This document shows, one piece after another, positions 42,091 through 49,910 of a stretch of 64,000 bases of DNA. The position numbers were made by a program, and so were the translations under genes. The stretch lies in NCBI GenBank assembly GCA_902578385.1, contig CACHCR010000002.1, positions 65,873 through 129,872 of the forward strand. The letters run 5' to 3'. Numbering within the stretch: position 1 is the first letter of the stretch; each line of letters opens with the position of its first letter. This DNA comes from an uncultured Fidelibacterota bacterium. GTDB lineage: Bacteria; Fidelibacterota; Marinisomatia; Marinisomatales; Marinisomataceae. The notes below the pieces were generated by a model. That model did no database searches. It worked only from the letters and a program-made list of their open reading frames with translations, and had not been told where the DNA came from.

Positions 42091-43074
42091 ATGGACTTTT
42101 TAACATTATGGTCTTTTTTAGGATTTTTGTTTGCTGTGTATGCAGTTACTGCGAATGATAGTATTCAGACTCTAGGTACTTACATCGCATCTAACAGAGC
42201 TGACGTCAAGTGGTACTGGATGTTTGCTTATATGGGATCAATTTTTGTATTTACTATGATTCAAGGCTTTAATGCTGGAGACCCTGCTTTTGGTAGATTA
42301 ACCGAATTCCCAGAAATTGAAATCATGTGGTATCATGCATTAGCACCACTTGTTTTAGTTGTTTTAACTAGAGTAAAAATTCCTGTATCAACTACTTTCT
42401 TAGTTTTATCTGTTTTTGCTGCTAGCGTTGATGGTCTTATGGAAAAAATGCTTTTAAAAAGTTTTGTTGGATATGGAGTTTCATTTGTTTTTGCATTTGC
42501 TGCATGGTATTTCATAAGTAAATATATTTTATATGAGGGTGAAAAAGGTAATAATAAGTACAATAATTACTGGAGAACTGCCCAATGGATTACAACTGGA
42601 TGGCTTTGGTCAACTTGGCTTTCACATGATATGGCAAACATTATGGTTTTCTTACCAAGATACTCATCAGTCCCTACATTAGGTTTTCAAATACTTGTAG
42701 TTGGAATGATGTTACTAGGATTAGCTTTTATGTTTTATGAAAGGGGTGGAAAAATACAAGAAATTGTATTAACTAAAACCAACACAAGATATGTTCGTTC
42801 TGCTACTTTAGTTGATTTAGTATATGTATTTGTACTTTATTACTTTAAAGAAGTCAATGACCTTCCTATGAGTACTACATTTGTATTTATGGGCATGTTA
42901 GCAGGAAGGGAAATTGGTATTATCTTTGCTCAAGGCTATGGAACTCTTAGGTATACCAATAAAAACGTAAAAGCTATTTTTCCAATGCTTTATTCTGACT
43001 TTTTTAGACTTATGCTTGGCTTAGCTATTAGCGTTTCTCTTGCTTATGGAATTCAATGGTATTCCAACCTATAA
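42091..43074 (+). CDS. Multi-pass membrane protein, divergent PiT-like phosphate transporter candidate
   Basis: About 9-10 TM segments; twin motifs ANDSIQT/HDMAN and PVSTT/PMSTT recall PiT inverted repeats; lies 21 nt after phoU. Confidence 0.6.
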   Translation: MDFLTLWSFLGFLFAVYAVTANDSIQTLGTYIASNRADVKWYWMFAYMGSIFVFTMIQGFNAGDPAFGRLTEFPEIEIMWYHALAPLVLVVLTRVKIPVSTTFLVLSVFAASVDGLMEKMLLKSFVGYGVSFVFAFAAWYFISKYILYEGEKGNNKYNNYWRTAQWITTGWLWSTWLSHDMANIMVFLPRYSSVPTLGFQILVVGMMLLGLAFMFYERGGKIQEIVLTKTNTRYVRSATLVDLVYVFVLYYFKEVNDLPMSTTFVFMGMLAGREIGIIFAQGYGTLRYTNKNVKAIFPMLYSDFFRLMLGLAISVSLAYGIQWYSNL

Positions 43075-43090
43075 TACTCTATTTTATCAT

Positions 43091-43924
43091 ATGAATCTTA
43101 AAAATAAACTTGTTCTTATTACAGGAGGAGCTAAAGGTATAGGTTTAGCTACTGCACAAAGAATTCTAAATGAAGGTGGAAAAGTAATACTTTGGGATTT
43201 CAAGGAAGATGATCTAAACACAACTGTTAACAATTTTAAAGAGCAAGGATTCGATGTTTTTTCACAAATTTGTGATGTAACAAACAAAGAACAAGTTTAT
43301 AACAATGCAAATATCATTAAGGAAAAATTTGGTGGTATTGATATCTTAATTAATAATGCTGGTACTGTTTATACAGGATATATGCTGGATAGAAGTGATG
43401 AAGAGCTTGAAAATCTTATTAATGTCAATTTCACATCAATGATATATACTATTCGCGCATTTATGCCAGGTATGCTTGAAAAAAACTTTGGACATATTAT
43501 TAATATTTCTTCAGCATCTTCTATGACTGGAGCACCTAAGTTAGCAGTATATGCTGCTACTAAATGGGCAGTTGCAGGATTAACTGAATCTTTAAGACTT
43601 GAAGTTCAAAAAATGGGTAAACCCGGTGTAAAATTTTCTTCTATTCACCCCAACTTTCTTAAAAAGGGATTATTTGAAGGAACCAAACTTAATTTATTAG
43701 GACAGTTACTAGCTCCAGGGGTAAAAAGCCATGACGCTGTAGCTAAAGTCATTGTAAATCGTGCAATTAAGCTTGGCTTTCATTCTCCAAAAGTGCCATG
43801 GATCATGAACCAGGTTGTTTTACTAAGAGCTTTATTGCCAAGTTCATTATTAATAAAATTTAGTAGTCTTTATGGTCTATATGATATGATGGATGATTAT
43901 AAGGGCTATAATGATGGTAGATAA
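43091..43924 (+). CDS. Short-chain dehydrogenase/reductase (17beta-HSD11/RDH-like)
   Basis: TGGAKGIG, NNAG, YAATK; likely ATG at 43091. Confidence 0.92.
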   Translation: MNLKNKLVLITGGAKGIGLATAQRILNEGGKVILWDFKEDDLNTTVNNFKEQGFDVFSQICDVTNKEQVYNNANIIKEKFGGIDILINNAGTVYTGYMLDRSDEELENLINVNFTSMIYTIRAFMPGMLEKNFGHIINISSASSMTGAPKLAVYAATKWAVAGLTESLRLEVQKMGKPGVKFSSIHPNFLKKGLFEGTKLNLLGQLLAPGVKSHDAVAKVIVNRAIKLGFHSPKVPWIMNQVVLLRALLPSSLLIKFSSLYGLYDMMDDYKGYNDGR

Positions 43925-43946
43925 TTTTTTTATAAAGGAATAATGA

Positions 43947-44705
43947 ATGAAATATTATAAAAATCTATGGCTAATTATAGCATTTGCTTTTTCTATGTTT
44001 GGTTGCTCTAATCAAGATGCACAATCTTCTGATGCTGATAAGGAGTTGATGGTAACTTTTGAAGATTCCTTAAGCTACTCTATTGGAGTTAATATTGGAA
44101 AAAATTTACCTGAAACAGAATTTAATCAAGAGCTATTAATTGAAGGTCTTACTGATTATTGGAACCAAGAGGAGCCAAGATTAAATGCAGCTACTAGAAA
44201 TGAGGTTTTAAGAGCATTTAACATAATGAATTCACAATTAGAACGTGATAACATGAAGACAATGAGTGAAAGAGCATTGAAGCTTTCAAGAGAAAATAAA
44301 ATGAAAGGTCAAGAATTCTTAGAAAACAACAAAACTGCAGAAGGTGTGAGAGTTTTTAGTAGAAGTCAAATTCAGTATAAGATTATTGCAGAAGGAGAAG
44401 GAGCAATTCCTGACTATGACGATGTTGTCAAGGTACATTATAATGGATATCTTATTGATGGGCATAAGTTTGATAGCAGTTACGATAGAGGAGAGCCAGC
44501 TACATTTGGAGTCAGTGCTGTAATTCAAGGCTGGACAGAGGTTCTTCAAAAAATGAAGGTTGGTTCTAAGTGGGAAGTTTTCATTCCTCAAAATCTTGCT
44601 TATGGAACAACTGGAGTTGCTAGCGATCCTAAAAAGGGAGAGTATGTTATTCCTCCATCATCAACACTTATTTTTGAAATTGAATTATTAGAAATTCTGG
44701 ATTAA
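43947..44705 (+). CDS. FKBP-type peptidyl-prolyl isomerase lipoprotein (FkpA/Mip-like)
   Basis: FGC lipobox, SYSIG, HYNG.L.DG.KFDSSY, VIQGW, IPP.STL.FEIEL. Confidence 0.93.
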   Translation: MKYYKNLWLIIAFAFSMFGCSNQDAQSSDADKELMVTFEDSLSYSIGVNIGKNLPETEFNQELLIEGLTDYWNQEEPRLNAATRNEVLRAFNIMNSQLERDNMKTMSERALKLSRENKMKGQEFLENNKTAEGVRVFSRSQIQYKIIAEGEGAIPDYDDVVKVHYNGYLIDGHKFDSSYDRGEPATFGVSAVIQGWTEVLQKMKVGSKWEVFIPQNLAYGTTGVASDPKKGEYVIPPSSTLIFEIELLEILD

Positions 44706-44707
44706 AA

Positions 44708-45655
44708 ATGAATTTTAATAAGTTATTTCTATCATTTATTGCAATCTTAATTTTTAGTTGCAACCCCAGTCATCAAGTTATTGTGTTAGATAATCCAATG
44801 TTTGCAACTGATCCTGTAGAAGATGCTGGAATGGATAGTATAGGATTTTTAATGAGAAAGCATGTCATTGTAGTTACTGTAAAAGATAAAAATGAAATTC
44901 ATGTTTATAATGCAATGAACGGAGAATTTAAAAAATCAATTAAAAGGGATAATGCTTTTCCAAACGGAGTTACTACAATTAATGACCAGTTTGTATTGGT
45001 TACAGAAAGAGATAATAAACAGGTTGCAGTCTTTAACTCTTCAATGGATTTTCTTGGAACGTTTGGAAATGATGAGTTGCGTAGTCCATATGGAATTACA
45101 TTTTATAAACAAGAAGAGGGATTATACAAAGTCTTAGTTACTGATAGTTACGAGTATAATAATCCTAGAGAAGATAGAATACTCACTTGGGATTTCACAA
45201 TTGATAATGAAAGTTTTAATGTCAGCTCTGCTACCGTTTTAGGCAATCCAACTCTATACCAAGTTGAAAGCATTTATGCTGATCAGCATTACCAAACCTT
45301 ATTAGTTGCAGAAGAGATGCAGGAGCATCATAAAGTGATGGCTTTAGATTTAATGACAGGTGAAGTCAAAAAAGAAGATTTAGGTAATTTTAACAGAGGA
45401 AATGACCCTGAAGGTATTGCTTTAGTAATTAATAAAGATAACAATGGATATTGGATTTGTACTGAGCAAAGTAAAACAGATAATCGTTTTCATTTGTATG
45501 ATCGCAAAACGTTAGAATATATGAATACTATGTACTTAGATAATGTTTCCTACACAGATGGTATTGCTACCGCTTATATGCATGGTAAATGGTTTCTATA
45601 TGCAGTAGATAATGATGCTAGGGTTGTTGCATTTGAATTACCAGAAATCAATTAG
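44708..45655 (+). CDS. Beta-propeller phytase-like lipoprotein
   Basis: IFSC lipobox, NHL-like blades (PNGV, PYGI), VESIYAD, DPEGIAL, Q....F..YDR, TDGI motifs. Confidence 0.65.
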   Translation: MNFNKLFLSFIAILIFSCNPSHQVIVLDNPMFATDPVEDAGMDSIGFLMRKHVIVVTVKDKNEIHVYNAMNGEFKKSIKRDNAFPNGVTTINDQFVLVTERDNKQVAVFNSSMDFLGTFGNDELRSPYGITFYKQEEGLYKVLVTDSYEYNNPREDRILTWDFTIDNESFNVSSATVLGNPTLYQVESIYADQHYQTLLVAEEMQEHHKVMALDLMTGEVKKEDLGNFNRGNDPEGIALVINKDNNGYWICTEQSKTDNRFHLYDRKTLEYMNTMYLDNVSYTDGIATAYMHGKWFLYAVDNDARVVAFELPEIN

Positions 45656-46522
45656 ATGAACATACTGTATTTTCTAATATTTTTTTTCACTTTTCTTATT
45701 ATCATATATTTTTTAAGAAATTCAATTATTCTAAACATTTACAAGCTACCTTTAATAAGAAAATCTTGGCAGCTTCCCAATATGGATGCACATAGTGTTA
45801 ATCTAGTTAATAATGATAAACCTGTAGTTGTTTGTTGTGGAGACAGTATTACTCATGGACATATCGGCTATGATTGGGTGAGTTCCTTACGAGAGAAAGA
45901 TGATTCTAAGATTTACATAAATGCAGGTGTAAACGCTGACCTTACATGGAATTTAAATCAAAGAGCTGATGATATCATAAAACATAACCCAGATTATATT
46001 ACCATATTAATTGGTACAAATGATGCAATTGGAAGTCAGCCTGTCAAATTAATTCAAGATTACTATATCCAGACAAAAAATCTTCCTCAAACTCCTTCAA
46101 TAGATTGGTTTGAAGAACAAATTGAAATCTTTGTGGATGAGATTAAAAAAAATACTTCTGCTAAAATTGCAATCACTACACTGCCGTGGTTAGGAGAGCA
46201 AGAAGATGCTACTATTATTAATGTCATTAAGAATCATAATAAGATAATTAAAAGAATTGCTTTGAAATATGATATATCAATTATTGATTTGTTTTCAAAA
46301 TTCAAAGAAAAAATAAATCATAATGATAGCGTTCCATACACTACTTCTGAACTTAGAAGATTAAGGGGTCTTAGAGCTGTTATACTTTATTATGTATTTG
46401 GCTGGAGTTGGAATAGAATAGGCATGAAATATAAGCTTCAACTTCTTTGTGATCATATTCACTTGAATGAAAGAGGTGGAAGCTTAATAGAAAATGAAGT
46501 GAAAAGATTCTTGTCTAAATAA
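45656..46522 (+). CDS. SGNH/GDSL hydrolase, membrane-anchored
   Basis: GDSIT, NAG, GTND, DHIH. Confidence 0.9.
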   Translation: MNILYFLIFFFTFLIIIYFLRNSIILNIYKLPLIRKSWQLPNMDAHSVNLVNNDKPVVVCCGDSITHGHIGYDWVSSLREKDDSKIYINAGVNADLTWNLNQRADDIIKHNPDYITILIGTNDAIGSQPVKLIQDYYIQTKNLPQTPSIDWFEEQIEIFVDEIKKNTSAKIAITTLPWLGEQEDATIINVIKNHNKIIKRIALKYDISIIDLFSKFKEKINHNDSVPYTTSELRRLRGLRAVILYYVFGWSWNRIGMKYKLQLLCDHIHLNERGGSLIENEVKRFLSK

Positions 46523-46601
46523 ATTTAGAATCTCAATCATCGCCCATACTACTTATAATCTGCCATGCAAGAATAATAAATAGTATTTCCATATTTAAAA
46601 G

Positions 46602-46883
46602 TTAGTCTAATTCTTTTAATGCCTCAACTAATTGATATTCTTTTTCAAATATTTTTTCCATACCACCTTCTTCTTTTAGCAAGATATATCCATAAGATTT
46701 TGAACCAATTGCAATTTTATCTCCATAGCGAGTGTCATACCAATATTGGTCACCTTTACTGTCGATAATTACTTGATATCTACCATTTTGATTTTCTTCA
46801 TCATGATCATCAAATCCCATTAATAAAAACATGTTTACTGTTGCTAATATTCCAATGATAAAACTTTTAATATCTAATTTCAT
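46602..46883 (-). CDS. Small hypothetical exported/membrane-anchored protein
   Basis: Strong AAGGAG RBS, N-terminal hydrophobic helix, NGRYQ...DTRYG. Confidence 0.75.
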   Translation of the reverse strand: MKLDIKSFIIGILATVNMFLLMGFDDHDEENQNGRYQVIIDSKGDQYWYDTRYGDKIAIGSKSYGYILLKEEGGMEKIFEKEYQLVEALKELD

Positions 46884-46949
46884 ATTTTTCTCCTTATTAG
46901 TTATTGTAAAATTAATGGTTTTAAGAAATAAAGGGAGGGAATATTATTG

Positions 46950-47023
46950 TACCCCGGACAGGATTTGAACCTGTGACCTACGGATTAGAAATCCGTTGCT
47001 CTATCCAGCTGAGCTACCGGGGC
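46950..47023 (-). tRNA. tRNA-Arg(TCT), CCA not encoded
   Basis: Minus strand GCCCCGG TAGCTCAGCTGGATAGAGC ACGGA-TTTCTAA-TCCGT ... GGTTCAAATCC ... CCGGGGT A. Confidence 0.97.
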
Positions 47024-47078
47024 ATGGGCCAAATTTAACTAAATAATAAAAATTTTAAAGCTTTTTTGTAAAATTCTT

Positions 47079-47097
47079 CCGACGAGTCCCCGACGAG
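47079..47097. repeat. GC-rich direct repeat CCGACGAG x2 (11-bp period)
   Basis: CCGACGAG at 47079-47086 and 47090-47097 in an otherwise AT-rich divergent intergenic region. Confidence 0.8.
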
Positions 47098-47104
47098 AAA
47101 TTTC

Positions 47105-47133
47105 TTGCAAAAAATCTAGTTTAGTATTAGAAT
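47105..47133 (+). promoter_or_regulatory. Near-consensus sigma70 promoter
   Basis: TTGCAA-17 nt-TAGAAT, with AAGGAG RBS at 47164-47169. Confidence 0.7.
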
Positions 47134-47175
47134 ATTGAAATAAGCTTATTCACTAAACTTTTTAAGGAGAATAAA

Positions 47176-47403
47176 ATGGCTGAAAAAGTAAAAACATGTG
47201 GTGTTAGTAAAGAAAAAGGCTATCTATATTACTTAGGTAAAGATGGTAATGTATGGCGCTCAGGTATGTCAAGAGGCGGATCTGGTGGCGGTAATGCAGA
47301 AAAAGTTGCTGACGCAGGCGTAACGCGTGAAAGTGGTTACCTATACTTCATCGATAAAGACGGTGATGTATCTCGCGCACCTATGGCTAGAGGTAGAGGT
47401 TAA
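47176..47403 (+). CDS. Small basic protein made of two ~34-aa tandem repeats (candidate nucleoid-associated protein)
   Basis: AEKV..GV.(K/R)E.GYLY(Y/F)..KDG.V.R..M.RG twice, Gly linker; own promoter, RBS and terminator. Confidence 0.88.
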   Translation: MAEKVKTCGVSKEKGYLYYLGKDGNVWRSGMSRGGSGGGNAEKVADAGVTRESGYLYFIDKDGDVSRAPMARGRG

Positions 47404-47430
47404 TAAACTTTTATCTTTTTAGGTTTAATT

Positions 47431-47462
47431 AAAAAAGGAGCATTTCGATGCTCCTTTTTTTT
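47431..47462. terminator. Bidirectional rho-independent terminator
   Basis: AAAAAAGGAGCAT-TTCG-ATGCTCCTTTTTT between convergent genes. Confidence 0.92.
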
Positions 47463-48081
47463 ATTTTACTATAGAATTTTTATGACTACCAACAATTCCG
47501 CTTGAAACAATCATTCGGAATCCTTCTTCAACATTAACATCTGCTGGTGTAGTATCTTCTTTGGCTATAATTACAAAATATCCAGAAGTAGGATTAGGTG
47601 TTGTTGGTACAAATAAATGGTAGAATTGCTCGTTAATTTCATTTACAGATTCTCCAGTAACAAATCCTAATGTCCACATTCCTTTTCTAGGATATTCAAT
47701 ATAAACAACTTTTTGGAATGACTCAGTTTGAGACCCGGATAGTGTTTCAATTATTTGTTTTGTTGTTGCATAAATTGAATCGATTAAAGGAATTTTTTTG
47801 AAGATGCCTTCCATCCAGTTTACAACTCTTTTGCCAAAAACATTTCGTGCTAACGCTCCAACAATTATCAAAGCTAGAAATACAATTAGCAATCCAACCA
47901 ATGAGCTCAGCAATCCGAAACCAGGGAAATTAGCATTAACAAACCTTTCTAATGGTTCAGCAACAGTGCCACCAAGCCAAATTGTGACCTCTAAAGTAAC
48001 TTGAATTACATAGACAGTCAGAGCTAATGGTACAATAGTTGCAATACCTGCTAATAGATTTGATTTAATTTTTTCAATCAT
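47461..48081 (-). CDS. DUF502-family membrane protein
   Basis: KIPLIDSIY..KQ, EYPRKG, FVPTTPNPTSG. Confidence 0.9.
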   Translation of the reverse strand: MIEKIKSNLLAGIATIVPLALTVYVIQVTLEVTIWLGGTVAEPLERFVNANFPGFGLLSSLVGLLIVFLALIIVGALARNVFGKRVVNWMEGIFKKIPLIDSIYATTKQIIETLSGSQTESFQKVVYIEYPRKGMWTLGFVTGESVNEINEQFYHLFVPTTPNPTSGYFVIIAKEDTTPADVNVEEGFRMIVSSGIVGSHKNSIVK

Positions 48082-48106
48082 AATTTAATTTATTAAAAAA
48101 TAGATT

Positions 48107-48988
48107 CTATTTCCTATATATAAGTACAGAACTGCCAAGAATAAATAAGGTACCTATAATTTCTTTTGTTGATAACACCTCTCCTAAAAAAACCCATCCA
48201 AGAAAAATCGCAACAATTGGAGGAAAAATTGCAACATATGTTACTTGAGTAACATTTAGATGTTGATATAGCCAAAAATAAATCCCCCAAGATATAAACC
48301 CCCCGAAAATAATTAAGTATAACGTTGAAAGAATAAGTTCATTTGTCCAAATTATAACTGACAGATCTTCTTGAGCAAAAGATGACATCGAAAGCATAAC
48401 TACACCTGTTAATACTTGGCATACAGCATTCATTTGGAATGGGCCAACTTCATCATTATGTTTTTTATATTGAACACTTGGATATGCCGCAATAATAATT
48501 ACTGTGATTAAAACGATTATAGCGGAAAAAGATTGAGAAGCTAAGTCAATTTCTTGATTAGTACTCATAATAATAACTCCTAAAAGTCCTGTAAAAAGTG
48601 CTGCAATTTTATTTTTATTTAATCTTTCATTGGGATCATCTTTTATCATAAAATGAGCCATTAAACTTGTAAATAATGGGAATAAGCCCCATAAAATTGA
48701 AGATATGCTTGAATATATATATTGAGTTGCCCAGTAGGTCATTCCGTAAGATAAACTAAAGTTTAAAAGCCCAAAAGATAGATATAGTTTTATAGCTTGA
48801 GGAGTAGTAGGAATTGAAAGCCTCTTATAGTATATGTAAAAAAAGAATATAATTCCTGAAAAAAGAAATCTAAGTCCAACTCCATAGAATGGAGGTACTC
48901 CAGCATTTAAAGAGATTTTAATAAAATACCATGTTGAACCCCAAATCAAGCATAGAGCTATAAAAGGAAATAAAATTTTATTATTCAT
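48107..48988 (-). CDS. EamA/DMT-family transporter
   Basis: IWGSTW, PP....LRF, ten TM segments, LG..FLGE. Confidence 0.9.
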   Translation of the reverse strand: MNNKILFPFIALCLIWGSTWYFIKISLNAGVPPFYGVGLRFLFSGIIFFFYIYYKRLSIPTTPQAIKLYLSFGLLNFSLSYGMTYWATQYIYSSISSILWGLFPLFTSLMAHFMIKDDPNERLNKNKIAALFTGLLGVIIMSTNQEIDLASQSFSAIIVLITVIIIAAYPSVQYKKHNDEVGPFQMNAVCQVLTGVVMLSMSSFAQEDLSVIIWTNELILSTLYLIIFGGFISWGIYFWLYQHLNVTQVTYVAIFPPIVAIFLGWVFLGEVLSTKEIIGTLFILGSSVLIYRK

Positions 48989-49908
48989 TATTTTGAAGAT
49001 TGATATATGGTTGCAAGCAATGCACTTGCAATGTAAATACTAGAATATGTACCTACGATAACACCTATCAACATAGTAAATGAAAATGGCCTAATAACTT
49101 CTCCGCCATATATAAGCAAAACAATAATCACAAATAATGTAGTTAATGAGGTGATTAATGTTCTACTTAAAGATTGATTGATACTTTTATTAATTGTTGA
49201 TTCAAACATCACAGTACCAGAAGATTTCATATTTTCTCTAATTCTATCAAGAATAACAATTGTATCATTTAATGAATAACCCACAATAGTTAAGAATGCA
49301 GCAACAGTGCTTAGGGTGATTTCAAAACCAGTAAATGAGAAAACACCAAGTGTAATTATAACATCATGAACTAATGCTAAAATAGCTCCAAGAGCAAATC
49401 TAAATTCGAATCTTACTGATATATAAAAAAGAATTAATACTAAAGCAGAAATAACAGACCAAAATGCTTTTCCACTCAATTCTGATCCTACTTTAGGACT
49501 TACTGAGCCTAGAGATAGAATGAAATCATTTTTATTTTCCGGAACTTTTTCAGTCATAGAATTATAAAGATGATTAATTACTAATTGGCCAAAATTTTCT
49601 GGTTCATTATCAAGAGATTTTATTTTAATCATTACATCGCTTTCGCTTCCAAAATATTTTATTTCTTCACTACTTAAATCTAAAACACTTTCATTTACTG
49701 ATACCGATTTAAGAGCACTTCTAATCTCTTGAATTGAAACATCTTCTGAAAAATTTACTCCAATGGCAGTTCCGCCTTTAAAATCGATTCCGAGATTAAC
49801 TCCCATTAATAGCATTATAATAGAGCCAAAAGCTAAGACAGAAGAAAGACCAAATCCAAAGGATTTGAATTTCATAAAATTAATTTTTGTATTTTCCATA
49901 AATTTCAT
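48988..49908 (-). CDS. secF: Protein translocase subunit SecF
   Basis: GIDFKGG, HDV, GYSLNDTIV.DRIRE, SRT..TS, GTYSSI. Confidence 0.96.
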   Translation of the reverse strand: MKFMENTKINFMKFKSFGFGLSSVLAFGSIIMLLMGVNLGIDFKGGTAIGVNFSEDVSIQEIRSALKSVSVNESVLDLSSEEIKYFGSESDVMIKIKSLDNEPENFGQLVINHLYNSMTEKVPENKNDFILSLGSVSPKVGSELSGKAFWSVISALVLILFYISVRFEFRFALGAILALVHDVIITLGVFSFTGFEITLSTVAAFLTIVGYSLNDTIVILDRIRENMKSSGTVMFESTINKSINQSLSRTLITSLTTLFVIIVLLIYGGEVIRPFSFTMLIGVIVGTYSSIYIASALLATIYQSSK

Positions 49909-49910
49909 AA

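Noticed and set aside
43091-44705. SDR and FKBP genes as members of the Pho regulon
   Set aside because: No repeat motif upstream and no functional link visible; only positional association
46523-47023. Prophage or integrative element at tRNA-Arg (or tRNA-Asn)
   Set aside because: No integrase, no phage genes and no duplicated tRNA 3' end seen in the window
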